Shown here piece after piece: positions 1-12,199 of a stretch of DNA of 64,000 nt. Each line of letters opens with the position of its first letter. The first letter of the stretch is position 1. A program made the position numbers and the translations under genes. This DNA comes from Macrostomum hystrix (lineage: Eukaryota; Animalia; Platyhelminthes), in assembly GCA_950097015.1 (NCBI GenBank), contig CATNEN010000001.1, forward strand, positions 11,594,001-11,658,000, read 5' to 3'. The notes under the pieces are model-generated. The model was given only the letters and a program-made list of their open reading frames with translations. It did not search any database and was not told the origin of the DNA.

Positions 1-240
1 GACTTGGCTGTGAAAGAGAACAATGGAATTGCTATCACCGCTCTTCAATATGGAACTCTTTATCCGATGTTTGGCGCTGATGTGTCTGCCAGACAAATGC
101 CTACATTTGATAACAGCCCTGTGAATATCGTGACTAACATTGAGAGGACTGCCGCAACTGCTGTTGACCTGTACATTATCTATGCGTTCGAGAGGAAGGT
201 GAAGCTTAACATGATCAACAATTCATCCAGTAAAGTTTAA
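1..240 (+). CDS. C-terminus of Polinton/adintovirus-like major capsid protein (hexon), open at the window edge
   Basis: LYPMFGADVS...PVNI...LYIIYAFERKV resembles the YP.F.FDVS..pvdi..y.v...er C-terminal pattern of Polinton MCPs; it sits directly upstream of a penton-like gene. Confidence 0.65.
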   Translation, partial: DLAVKENNGIAITALQYGTLYPMFGADVSARQMPTFDNSPVNIVTNIERTAATAVDLYIIYAFERKVKLNMINNSSSKV

Positions 241-261
241 ATATTTTTTCGGGGGTGAAAA

Positions 262-1105
262 ATGAAAGCGATTGCTGAAAGACTAAATAATATAATTTCT
301 CACTCTAAGGAGAGCATTCCTATTACAATAGCTGGGCGAATTAATGACTCAAACGGGATATTTGTTGAAAAATTAAAGCAGGCGATTCGCCTGGATCTAA
401 GTGCTAATTACCATGTATATCTTAACGACTTCACTGGTGGGTCAAACGTTCCCAATGTGACGGCAGCAAATAATAAGTTTCATTACAAATGGAAAGGTGT
501 AGCAGCAGAAGCTGTGGTATTCCCTGTGAGCACGCAAAGTGCGGATACCTACAAGTACTTTCTAGTAAATGTTTTTACTAAAAGAGGCCATTTTGAGACA
601 CCTAATGCAAGCAAGCCAGAGACTAAACTGTTCCCTGTCAAACTATCCTATGATCTCACTGTAATGAGAGTGGTCATGCAAGTTCAAAGATTCTGAGGTT
701 GAATTTAAAGATGACACTTGGTATAGGGAATTGGGATTCGAGAAGAAAGTTTATAAGGCGGAAGCACAGACTGCATTACCGGAGGCAGTTTCGAGGACCC
801 TGCTAAGCGGTCTGTTCTTAGCACCCAATATCGCAGACATTGTAAAGGGTTTGAATATTCTAATCAAAAGTAATCTCAGTCTTGATTGGGTATTTAAGGG
901 AAAGCGAACGAATATTTTGTACAACATCTCAAACTCTGTTGCTGGAGGACAGATGCTGGTAGAGAAACCAAATCCAGTGAAAAGAGTTGTGCTAAGTAAT
1001 AAGGAGATTCACGCGATTGCGCTGCAGTTTGAGACGGAAGATGGTTTTGGAGTTGATTTTAACGGTGAAGAGTTTGTATTGACGTTGATCATTGAGAGAA
1101 TGTGA
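262..1105 (+). pseudogene. Polinton/adintovirus-like minor capsid protein (penton), frameshifted near 690
   Basis: ORFs 262-696 and 731-1105 join via DSEVEFKDDTWYRELGF; PNV..NNKF.Y, NILY....V..G..L.EKP and VDFNGE..LTL.I are typical penton motifs. Confidence 0.7.
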
Positions 1106-1261
1106 GCTGCCTAATGATTTCTGCAAAGTTATAGCAGCTTATTTTTAATTAGAATATATTTTTTTTCAGAGGATGAGCACCCTAGGCTTGGGATCTTGAG
1201 TTTGGGGATTGGGATTTAGGTGTTAGTTTTATGGATTTGGCACGCTTTTTGCAGGTTCACT

Positions 1262-2180
1262 ATTTTGGGCATGATCTCTTCGGGAATAGTTTGTGCATTA
1301 AGGAGGCTGCGATAATTTTTGTCCTAGATATGCAACTCACAAACTGATGTGTAATATTAAAAGTAGAGAATTTAGAATATGGAGACCGATTTTTCGCATG
1401 AGAGGCGGGGACCCTTTTTTCCTGATCTCTTCGGAAAGAATAAAGGTAATGGTTTGTACATTATGGAGGCTGCGATTATTTTTGTCCTAGAAGGCCCCCT
1501 TTGCATACTACTTAATTATAAAGGAATACGACAGCTACTATATCTTTGCAGAAATCATTAGGCAGTTTGCATTCTCTCAATGATCAACGTCAATACAAAC
1601 TCTTCACCGTTGAAATCAACGCCAACACCATCTTCCGTATCATACTGAAGCACAATCGCGTGAATCTCCTTATTACATAGCACAACTCTTTTCACTGGAT
1701 TTGGTTTCTCTACCAGCATCTGTCCTCCAGCAACAGAGTTTGAGATGTTGTACAAAATATTCGTTCGCTTTCTCTTAAACACTTAATCAAGACTGAGATC
1801 ACTTCTGATTAGAATATTCAAACCCTTTACAATGTCTGCGATATTGGGAGCTAAGAACAAGCCGCTTGCATACTTTTTTCGAGCGTTCTAGACTATACTC
1901 ACATATGCAGAAATTGTGTATAAATAATTTTTAGAAAGGGGGCCTCCTTTTCCCTTCGGTAATAATGAGAATACTGTATTATGGTGCTGCGTAAACGTTG
2001 TGTCCCAGAATGCAACTTACGATCGTACAAACTGATCTGGAATATAAAAGTAAAGAATTTAGAATATGGAGACCGATTTTTAAGAGAGAGGCGGGGACCC
2101 TCTTTTTCCTGATCTCTTCGAGAATATAAAAGTTATTAGTTTGTGGATTATGTAGGCTGCGATAATTTTTGTCCCAGATA
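1262..2180 (+). repeat. Three diverged short direct repeats (~1262-1330, ~1360-1500, ~2045-2180)
   Basis: Shared TGATCTCTTCG...GTTTGT...GGCTGCGAT(A/T)ATTTTTGTCC; two copies also share GAATTTAGAATATGGAGACCGATTTT. Confidence 0.8.
1531..1868 (-). repeat. Inverted duplicate of the penton 3' end (copy of ~803-1140)
   Basis: ORF 1558-1782(-) translates to nearly the same peptide as the end of 731-1105. Confidence 0.9.
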
Positions 2181-2499
2181 GCCCCTTTCGCTGCTCGCAC
2201 CGGCGGGACACAACGCCTGTGAGGTATGAGTCAGTCCAGGCCCACGGGCTAAGGTCTGCGATGCCTCACACTCGTTTTTTGAGCAGGCTTGGCAGGAAGG
2301 AGCCCTGTGCTTTCGGGTGCAGGAATCCCTCCACGCTGTCCCGTCAGCTGACCCATGGGTACACGTCCCGCGAGTGTTCAAGGCTGACCCTAGGGCAGCC
2401 GGACAGAATGGGCAACAGCGCTGGATGACCCATCCAGGGCCTCTAGCCAGGGCCTCTTAACTGGGTACCTCTAGCCCCGGCTGGAGGGAAAGGTGCCAC

Positions 2500-2914
2500 C
2501 TTTTGACCTCAACAGGGTATGCGGCCAGTCCGCAGCGTTCGCGCACCTGTGCGTGATCAGGTACCTCTGGCTACGGCTTTGAGGGAATGGTGTTTACCCT
2601 TTGACCTTAACAGGGTATGCGGCCAGTCCGCAGCATTCGTGCACCTGTGCGTGATCAGGTACCTCTGGCTACGGCTCTGAGGGAATGGTGTCTACCCTTT
2701 GACCTTAACAGGGTATGCGGCCAGTCCGCAGCGTTCGTGCACCTGTGCGTGATCAGGTACCTCTGGCTACGGCTCTGAGGGAATGGTGTCTACCCTTTGA
2801 CCTTAACAGGGTATGCGGCCAGTCCGCAGCGTTCGTGCACCTGTGCGTGATCAGGTACCTCTGGCTACGGCTCTGAGGGAATGGTGTTTACCCTTTGACT
2901 TTAACAGGGTACGC
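2500..2914 (+). repeat. 98-bp tandem repeat (4 copies plus a partial) in the LINE 5' UTR
   Basis: TTGAC recurs at 2503, 2601, 2699, 2797 and 2895; units are near-identical. Confidence 0.95.
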
Positions 2915-3078
2915 AGGTTAACTGCGGGTCTGGCGCTGCTTTCTGCCGCGCTCTAAGGCCCAAGGTCTCGCCGTGCCGAAGGGCGCTTGGCCGGGGAGTA
3001 GTCCGGTCTTTAGCGGTTTCTTTTTATTCTCTTCTCTTTTCTTGTGAGTCAGCGCTCACCCTCCTCCCGCTTTCAGCA

Positions 3079-3633
3079 ATGGCTTCTTCTGCTCAATCTT
3101 TTAATGATAATGAAACTGGAAACCCCCCAGTTGCTCCGGCCGCTTCCAACCGCGCCAACGTCGCCCCACCGGTAGACCTGTCCCCGGACCCCCAGGCATC
3201 CGGTCCAAGGAAGCCCGTCAAGGCCGCAACCAACGCCGCAACGAACGGCGTCGGCGACAGCGTGAGAGGGAGGCCGCGGTTCGGCAATCCGCGGAGGTGG
3301 TGCCTCAAGTGGGCGAAGGAGCGGTTGGGCCGAAAGGAGCCACCGCCACCTCAGCCCCTCGGGAAACCGCTTCCGCGGGGTCACCACCCGCTGAGCCCAC
3401 CAGCGCCGTGGGCTCAGCGGGATTTGGGCAGTATCTTGGACTTGGGCAGTATCGGCGTCACGACGCAAAGGGACGGCGAGGGAGACACTCTTGCTGGGCA
3501 AATGCCCGCTGAGGGCTCCTCAGCCGCCCTGACCGCCGGGGACGCCGAGATTCCCATAGAGCTTTGCGAGCCTTCCATCTCCGAAAAGGAAGAGGAGGAA
3601 TTGCTACGCGACTCCCCGACTGCGCGGCCATGA
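3079..3633 (+). CDS. LINE ORF1 (short, Pro/Ala-rich, acidic EEEELL end, no zinc knuckle seen)
   Basis: 184-aa ORF whose TGA overlaps the ORF2 ATG (ATGA at 3630-3633). Confidence 0.6.
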   Translation: MASSAQSFNDNETGNPPVAPAASNRANVAPPVDLSPDPQASGPRKPVKAATNAATNGVGDSVRGRPRFGNPRRWCLKWAKERLGRKEPPPPQPLGKPLPRGHHPLSPPAPWAQRDLGSILDLGSIGVTTQRDGEGDTLAGQMPAEGSSAALTAGDAEIPIELCEPSISEKEEEELLRDSPTARP

Positions 3634-6600
3634 TCAGCAGTCCAGGAATTAGCTGCCTGCAGATTAATCTGCTACACAGCGTCGCAGCTTCGGCTAACCT
3701 GATGCGTCAAGCCGAGCTCGACAAGCCGGGTCTCATCATAGTCCAGGAGCCGTGGACCTCCAAAGGTAAGCCCCAAAACGTGCCTTCTGGGTACAACTGC
3801 TTCTGCGTTAGCCCCCGCGAGGCGAACCGGCCACCTAGAGCCTGTATCTTCGGGGCCAAAACCCTCGGTGCTTGGCTCAGATCCGACCTGTCTAACGGGG
3901 ATATCTGCGTCATTCAATCTGAGGATCTGCTGCCTGGGAGAACCACCCTCGTTGCCTCGGTTTACCTACCAGGTGACGTAGCGGTCGTCCCCCGGACGCT
4001 CACTACCCTGGTCGAACTCTGCTCTGCCAGGAATTATGAACTGATGGTCGCCGGCGATATCAACGCCCACCATACCCACTGGGGCAGCACAGGGATAAAC
4101 CAGAGAGGCGAAGACCTCCTGTCCTATGTTACCTCTACGACCCTGGAGTTCTGTAACTCGGAGTCTACGCCTACTTTCGACAATGGACGCTGGTCAGAGG
4201 TGATTGACGCCACGCTCGCTTCACCCAAGCTCTTTCAGAGTATCGGGGAGTGGCACGTTCTCCCGGAACCATCCCTCTCTGACCATAAGTTCATTCACTT
4301 TCGTGTGGCGAGCGCTCGCAGCCTAAACCACATCACGTGGAGACGGAACGCCAGAAATACTGATTGGGAAGCCTTCAGGCATGCCTTGGAGGCAACCCAT
4401 CGGTCTTCGGGCCAACCACCCACTATTTCGACGTGCCGAGAGGCGGACGAGTGCGCGACTGTTTAAACAGAAAAGCTAACCGCCGCCTTCGAGGCTGCCT
4501 GTCCCCTAAAAGCCTACAAAGGGAAGACATCTGCGCCGTGGTGGAATCCTCAGCTCGGCGACCTCCGTCGCAGAGCGAAGAAATTACACCGCAGAGCGAA
4601 CAAAACCAGGAGCCCTGCAGACCAGACCGCCTACCTTAAAGCCATCCATGAGTTCAAGAGGGAGATCAGGACTGCCAAGGCCCAGAAGTGGCGCCAATAC
4701 TGCGAGGAGCTAGAGGGCTCACGCCCCACCTCCAGGATTGTCAAAGCACTTACGCTAGACAAAATGTCCAAGCTCTCCTCGGTTAAGCGAACCGACGGCA
4801 CGTCAACTGACAACCCAGGAGAAACGCTTGAGGTCATGCTCTCTGCCTTCTTCCCCAACGAGCCTACCAACCTGACCACCTCAGACCACACTGAGGGAGG
4901 CCAGATGCTGGCTGCCTCTATCATCACGGAGGACCGCATCGTTAAAGCGGCCACCTCCTTCAAGCCTTTCAAGGCTCCAGGGCCTGATGGCATCGTACCT
5001 GCCTTTCTTAGAGAGGCGGTTAAATGCCCAGGTTTCCTGCGCTCTCTTTGCAGCCTCTATCGAGCCTGCATCACGCTCGGGTACGTCCCGCAGGCATGGA
5101 CCGAGGCGAAGGTGATTTTTATCCCGAAGCCAGGCCGCCCGGACTACCAGTCTATTAAATCCTTCAGACCAATCAGCCTAACCACCTTCCTGGTCAAGCT
5201 GATGGAGAGACTAGTGCTGTGGCGCCTTCTCTCAGTGGAACTGAAGAACGCGCCGCTCAGCGACAACCAGCATGCTTTTCGGGCGGGTCGCTCCACCGAA
5301 AGCGCGCTGCACGTTCTGGTCGACAAATTGGAGAAAGCTGTGCTTGGCACCGGCTTCGCCTTAAGTGTCTTCCTGGACATTGATGGTGCCTTTGACAATG
5401 TCCTCTTCGAAGCGTTCCGCAAAGCCCTTTACGAGAGGCACACTCACTCGTCCCTCACCAGATACGCGTCATCGCACGGTCACTGCCAACCTGCTGGGCC
5501 ACCAACGGACGGTCCCCGTCCCCAAAGGGAGCCCGCAGGGAGGGGTCCTCTCTCCTATTCTCTGGAACATGGTCATTGACGAGCTCCTCCGAGACGATCG
5601 TCCTGACCCAATCCTGAAGGTGGGGTATGCGGACGATGTCACTGCTGTGGCGTCTGGCCCATCCCCTGACACTCTCAGGGACCTCCTTCAGAATTTCATC
5701 CACTCTGCTGAACAATGGGCGGGTCGCTGTGGTCTGAAGCTGTCCGAGACCAAGACTGTTTCTGCTGGTGATCATGTTCACCAGCAGAAACAAGTGGCAG
5801 ATACAGCCGCTTAGGCTTTACTTTAAGGAAATTTCCTTCTGTAAGCAAACCAAATGTCTAGGGATCACCTTGGACCATAGGCTGAACTGGTCTCCCCATG
5901 TTCAAACCAAAACCAAGAGGGCCCTCGCGATCCTCGCGCAGCTGCGGAGGGCCGTTGGCACCACCTGGGGGCTCACCCCCAAGCGCCTCTGGTGGATCTA
6001 TACTGCAATGGTCAGGCCAGCTGTCTCGTACGGCAGCTTGATCTGGGCCAGTGCCCTGCAGATGAAGACCTGCCTGGAGGCACTTAGGAAAACGCAAGGG
6101 CGCGCTTGTCGCATGACCATGAGTGCCCCACCGTCTGCTCCTTACGACGGCCTAAATGCCTTCCTCGACGCTACCCCGCTGGACATTTTTGTCCGCAGGG
6201 AAGCCGCCAAAACAGCGCGTCGGCTCATTGACGCCGGCGTCCGCTTCACGCCGCAAAGAGCAATGGCAAAGCGCAAACTTCTGCCTCACACCGATCTGTG
6301 CCTTCGTGACTTGAAAGATGGCGGCGGACTCCACATCTTATCTGACGGCGAACCACGCACTCTCAATCTCACCCAGCGCTACAAAATCATCATTCCCTCG
6401 AGGGAAGACGCTAACGACCACTGGAACCACCAGGAGGTCCACTGCTGCACGGACGGATCCCTAAAAGACGGCCTTGCCGGCTTTGGGGTCTGCATCCTGA
6501 TCAACGGCCGCGTCGTCGCCACGCATGCCCAACATACTGGGAGACTCTCTACGGTCTTCCAGAATGAAATCCTTGCCATCAGCTCTTGTGCTGCAGAGCT

Positions 6601-7315
6601 GAATGCCAGGAATACGAGAGGAGAGACAATCATCATCCACTCTGACAGCCAAGCAGCCTTACAAGCCCTTTGCCGCACCACCACGTGCTCCCGAACAGTC
6701 GCTGACTGTGCCCGGCAACTCAACCTCCTGGCCAGTAACAACACGGTCAAGCTGAGCTGGATCCCAGGGCATGCGGGCTTCCCAGAGAACGAGCTTGCGG
6801 ATACCCTTGCCAAGCAAGGTGGCTCTGGCTCTCTCCTGGGACCTGCTCCCCTGGTCCCGATCCCCATCACGGTCATCAATCGCCTTATTGATGACTGGGC
6901 TGAATCCCTGCACAGGGACAGATGGACGGGCACCCAGAACTGTCGCCAATCCCGTGCCGCAGTTCCGCGCCCGTCTCGCAGGCTCAGGAACATCCTTTTG
7001 AACCAAAACCGGAATGATATCCGCGCCCTCGCCATGACCCTCACGGGCCACGGCTACCTCGCTAGGCACTGTTTCCTCCGGGGCGACCTTGAGAGTGAAC
7101 TCTGCCCATTCTGTGAGTATGACATCGAAGATGCTGAGCACTTTGTGTGTCACTGCCCTTTCTTTAACAGAGACCTCGGGCCCAACCCGTCCATGGACGA
7201 GATCTGCCAGCCCGACAGCATTCCACGGCTCGTCCAGTTCCTTCGTGCAACAAGACGAGCCACGTTCTTCCCTATGGAAGACAACGCTGCAGGACGGACC
7301 GGCGGACCACCCTGA
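3630..7315 (+). pseudogene. LINE ORF2: AP endonuclease - RT - RNase H - CCHC; stop at 4464-4466, frameshifts near 5460 and 5760
   Basis: QINL, QEPW, GDINAHH, SDH (APE); KAPGPDG, FRPISL, GSPQGGVLSP, YADD (RT); TDGS, SDSQAAL, WIPGH..NELAD (RNase H); CPFC..EH..C. Confidence 0.93.
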
Positions 7316-8187
7316 CCGGCCCCGCGCCCTTGCCTGTCTGCGGGCCTACAGGGGTTAGCGGTATGGGCGACCCTCGCCTCCCCGTTGCGTCCATGGACCA
7401 CCCTGCAGCTAAGTCAAGTAAGTCAAGCCCCTTTCGCATACTACTCTCTTCAGTATTCTTGTGCAGCATAATTAAAGGGGAGCGCCTTTTTACTCTGGGG
7501 TTTTATTCAATCTAGCTTTTCTGCGCTTCTCTGAAAACACACTGGAAAATGGCAGGATTCGCAGCGTTACAAACTAGGAAGGCGTCAGCACAAATGCAGT
7601 TAAATGCAAGTGCCGGTCGTATTCAAAGACTTAAATCAAAAACGCTATTCGCCGACGTTGCAGACGGAGAGATTATTGCTTTGGAAGAGGAACGAATCAA
7701 GAATACGATTATTTTCCTAAGGACTCTAATCGCATACAAGACATGGAATGCGAATTATCTAATTGGCTAATTACAGTAGACAAGTCGAAGATTATCAATA
7801 AAATCGTGCGCTGAGGATTGCTGAACTTTCGCAGCCTTATCAAGAAGTCCAACCACAAGACTCGCGTATTCCTCGCCCAGTCGCGGCTCAACAACAACAA
7901 TGAACTAACTTAGATTGTTTGCTAATAAATACAAAATAGCATATTTTGAAAAGATGAATCTGTCTTTGGATCTTTGTATGGAAAATTAGTTTCGATTTTA
8001 CGATTATAAAGCAGAATATAAGAAACGTTGTAAGTATCATTCAATTAAGAAGAAAGAAGGCAATGGCTTTAACATAGATTTAAGACACAAACAAGGTTTC
8101 GGAATCTTTTTAAAGGATCAAAATATATATACGAGTTTGGAATGAAAAACGTTTACTAATCCGAAAAAAATAAATCATTCTGCAGAA

Positions 8188-8609
8188 TCATTCTGCTCTC
8201 TCAACCCCCAGCTCTTTCAGCAGAGTTCCAAGTTCTTTACTTGATGCATGCAATATAAAGCCCACCCCCAAACAGCCGCCAATCGCCAACACCAACTTTG
8301 ACTTAACAAAAATAACAGCTTTAACTAGCTTCCGAGCGATCGATTCCCTCCACCTGCTAGAAGCCCTCATATTGTTTAGCATTATGAGCATTTCTTTGTC
8401 CCAGCGAGTTTTCTCTGGAAAATCCCTATACATAATATCATGCCGCATACAGACAGAGTCTAGCTCGTTCACAGGCTCATGCCCAGGATTTGGATCATTG
8501 TTTTTATCTAGTTGTATTTCATGCGGATTCAAAGGACCTCAATATCTGTAGCCGGGAATTATCCAGCCTTTGTTTGTGTTGTGTATTGACTGACTAAGTG
8601 CTAAATTAC
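8188..8609 (-). pseudogene. PLA2X (parvovirus VP1u-like phospholipase A2) of Polinton/adintovirus type; in-frame stop, 5' end cut by an LTR
   Basis: Minus strand reads KGWIIPGYRY*GPLNPHE..EPVNELDSVCMRHDIMY..DKEML (Ca-loop and HD catalytic motif). Confidence 0.85.
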
Positions 8610-8846
8610 TGTTATGAGATATTTACATGTACTGCCACTATGAGTAGTGCAGTGGGGAAGCCAGTAATTTCTAGAACCTTCTGTAGTCCGTGTTTTTTAG
8701 AACCTTCTGTAGTCCGTGTTTTCTAGAACTTTCGATCTAACATCCTAGCCTATAAATATACGGAAACGAAGCGATCATAAGCTCTCTAATCTTCTCTATT
8801 TAGAATCTTAAAAAAATCTGTTGTCTACTTCATTCACTACAAAACA
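8610..8846 (+). repeat. 5' LTR of a Mag-like Gypsy element
   Basis: TGTTAT...AAAACA ends, TATAAATA near 8751, PBS-like TGGCAACAAGG at 8849 directly before the gag ATG. Confidence 0.65.
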
Positions 8847-8859
8847 ACTGGCAACAAGG

Positions 8860-9555
8860 ATGGCCCTCAATGTTAGCCCACCGACACCGTACCTGTCGGC
8901 AAGCGGACCTCCAGCAGTTCCATGGAATCGATGGCTCGACGCTTTCGATATATATTGCCAAGCGGCGCAGATCTGGACTGACCGGCCGGCAGAGGGCGAA
9001 GCTCCAACAAAGGAAGCTTCGCGACTGGCAACGAGGAGCCGCAACATGCTGCTGCACCTGCTCGGTTTCGAAGGGCAGCGGATCGCTTGGGCACGCAACG
9101 CGATTGTCGACGGCCACACCTTCTGGCAATCCCGCGACCTGCTGACGACTGTGTTTAGCGACCGGCCAAACGTGATGTTGGCGCTTCACCGATTCCGGGA
9201 GCGACATCAGCTGCCCGGAGATGACGCAGTACCGTTCGTCGCAGCACTGCGCGAGCTGTCGGCCCTCTGCAACTACGGAGCAATGGCTGACGAGATGATC
9301 CGTGACCAGCTGGCCCAGAAGACCACCAGCAGCCGGATTCGTGAGCGCCTACTGACTGAGGACGCCGCCAGGCTGACACTGGACCAAGCTATCGTGATTG
9401 CGTTGACTATCGAGGAGGCAGCGGCAGGCAGCAAGGCGATGGCAGCAACCGGCTATTCAGGGAACGTCCAGGCTGTGCAGGAGGCCAGACCCCGAGGTCA
9501 CCATGGCGCTCCGTCCAAGAAGAAGCCGGGGCAGCAAGCCACAATTCTGCAGTAG
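8860..9555 (+). pseudogene. gag: Gag of a Mag/K02A2.6-like Ty3/Gypsy element; knuckle frameshifted, pol missing
   Basis: W.RW..F..Y, LLHLLG.EG, F.ER.Q.PG, LRELS..C.YG, MIRDQL, RERLL, LTLDQAI motifs. Confidence 0.85.
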
Positions 9556-9789
9556 ATGTGTTGGCTGCCCATCCGGATGTTTTCCGCATAGTGTGTACTA
9601 TGGAGGCTATTGAGCGCCGCTCAAAACACAATCAAAACAAAATCATAAATTTGCCAGCCTAACTAGCCAATTGGAGCCTGTTATTCATTTTGCTACTTAT
9701 CTTTGTTAGCGGAAACAAGAAAATGGTATTAAGGCCTACAAAAATATAACCTTTTTTATTCTGTTTTGATAATTGAAGTATATATTGAA

Positions 9790-12121
9790 ATGGGTGGGGC
9801 CTTTTACAAGCCGATGACCTCCCTGGTGAAAGATAGGAGTGTGGAGAAAGGCAATAGAGTCGAAGGTCGATCGCGTAGCTGCCCGCGAGTTGTCGCGGAG
9901 AGGGATGAGACGAAGGGAGGGATGAAGGGAGAGATGAAGGGAGAGATGAGGCGGTACAAAGGATGCAGGGAGTGGTCCTATTGGCCTCAGGCTGGCCAGT
10001 CCCACTCGTCCCATAGGCCACAGGCATAACTGCCGTGCCTACCCCTAGCAATGCTCGAAACCGGCTAAAAGTCTGAAGTGAGGTGTCGGACTATCCGTAA
10101 CCAGACAGGACAGTACTAGAGAGCCTACTGTCGTCAGTAGCATGTAAATAACTGACTCCTAACCTTGGTAGCGGTGGTCGAATCGGCCCAGGCTCTTGTC
10201 ACAGAAATGCGGAAAGGCTATTGGCAAAGCGGAAAATTATCTCGGGTAGCGCCACCACCCAATGCGCCTACGTTGCCACCGCAGACATTTGGGAACTTGG
10301 GTCCCCGGAGTACACAGCTCGCAGTTCATCACACAGATCTTGACAAGTCGAAAAATAGGGCACTCTGCAACTTCCGTTTTAGACTGGGGTGAGAGCCCCA
10401 GAATGGATCGAGACACGCCTCAACAGGGGATTCCTGAATTCGCGCTACAGGGGTCTAGAAAGGTGGTACTAGGAACTCGAATGAAAATCCATAGCCAGAA
10501 TCCTACTCATGAAACATCAGACACATTCCTTACATTAGACTGCAGCCTACACATTAAATAACTAACAAATCCGAATCTGCGTGAGATGAGGAAATCAGAG
10601 GCTGGAGAGATTTAGCAGAACACTGGCTGAGTGATTACGCAAGCGATGAGTATTAGATCACACCTCTCGCTCCCATGGCCGCGGTTACAAGAGGCGGGGA
10701 AAAGAAGGAGAATTCAATTGACAAAGGAATTTGACGCGCACACTGGAATCCGCCAGTGAGCGAGGAAAGCCGGCCAAGGAATCCCCCGCACCTAGGCAGC
10801 AATGCACTCGCTACATTCCGCATTTTACTCGCGAATCCCTAGCTCCTTATTACTCTTGTGCGCGCTCACAGTTGTCTTCCTGCCGCAGCCTTCAGCTCGG
10901 CCTCGCCAGAGCCCACCCCCTAAGAGTTTAGCCACTCATCTCTGAGGGCTGTCTAACAGATAAAATAAACATGGTGAAATACTTGCGGGTTTGCAATCCG
11001 ATGATCTGTCCTCGTGAAGGAAAGGAGTGTGGGGATGGCGATAGAGTCAGAAGTCGTACCGCAAAGTCTCGCGAGTTGCCGCGGAAAAAAGGGATGAAGG
11101 GAGAGATGAAGGGAGAGACAGTGGATGCAGGGAGTGGTCCTCTCGGCCTCAGGCTGGCCAGTCCCACTCAACCCATAGGCCACAGGCATGACTGCCGTGC
11201 CTACCCCAAGCAATGCTCGAAACGGGCTAAAAGTCTAAATAGATGTCGGACTACCCGCAAGCGGATAGGACAGGGCTAGGTAGCCTACTGTCATCAGTAG
11301 CATGTTCGTAACTGACTCCTAAACTTGGTAGCAGTGGTCGACTCGGCCTAGGCTCTTGTCTTAGAAATGCGGAAAGGCTATCGGCAAAGCGGAAAATGAT
11401 CTAGGGTAGCGCCACCACCCAATGCGCCTACGTTGCCACCGCAGACATTTGGGAACTTGGGTCCCCGGAGCTCGCGGCTCCTAGTTTGTCACACAGATCT
11501 TAGACAAGCCGAAAAAATAGAGCCTTCTGTAACTTCCGTTTTAGACTAGGGTGAAGACCCCAGAATGGATCGAGACACGCCTCACCAGGGGATTCCTGAA
11601 TTTGCGCTACAGTGGTCTAGAAAGGTGGTACTCAGAACCTGAAAGAGAAATCCATAGCCAGTATCCTACTCATGGGACATCAGACACATTCTGTACATTA
11701 GGCTGCAGCCTACACATTAGATAACTAGCAATCCGAGTCTGTGCGAGTTGAGGAAAACAGAGGCAGGAGAGATTAAGCTGAACACTGGCTGAGTGATTAT
11801 GCAAGCGTGAGATTAATTGAACATCACTCTCGTTCCCGTGGCCGCAGGTGCGAAAGGGGGACAGCGGGAAAACTCCATTGGAAAGGGAGCTCGACACGTA
11901 CCTTGAACCCACCCAAGAGGGAGAAGGAAAACCGGCCAAGGATTCCCCCAACCCCCTGGAAAGGAAAAGCACATGCTACCCTCCGCATTTACTTACAAAC
12001 CCCTAGCTCCATATTACTCTCATGCGCGCTTACAATTGCCTTCCTGCCGCAGTTTTCAGCTCGGCTGTGCCAGAACCCATTCCCCTAATAGATTAGCCAC
12101 TCATGGTAGAGGGCTGTCTAA
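9790..12121. repeat. Tandem pair A1/A2 of ~1.16-kb diverged non-coding units
   Basis: Shared blocks, e.g. GGGTAGCGCCACCACCCAATGCGCCTACGTTGCCACCGCAGACATTTGGGAACTTGGGTCCCCGGAG; units end GAGGGCTGTCTAA at 10956 and 12121. Confidence 0.9.
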
Positions 12122-12199
12122 GGTTAAAATAAAGGTGAAAAGGAGACATAATAAAAGAAATTAAGTTGTTATACAGTTAAGCCCAATAAGTTAAAAGTG

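Larger units (their letters stand above)
2192..7426 (+). mobile_element. Full-length non-LTR retrotransposon (LOA/Lian-like; APE-RT-RNase H), inactivated
   Basis: TSD GCCCCTTTCGC at 2181-2191 and 7427-7437; a similar empty site at ~1493-1510; 3' tail TAAGTCAAGTAAGTCAA; ORF1 plus ORF2. Confidence 0.92.

Noticed and set aside
10120-11305. CTGA(C/T)GA on the minus strand of both A units as a hammerhead ribozyme core
   Set aside because: No GAAA follows the candidate stem II; the motif is just the loop of a CTACTG/CAGTAG hairpin
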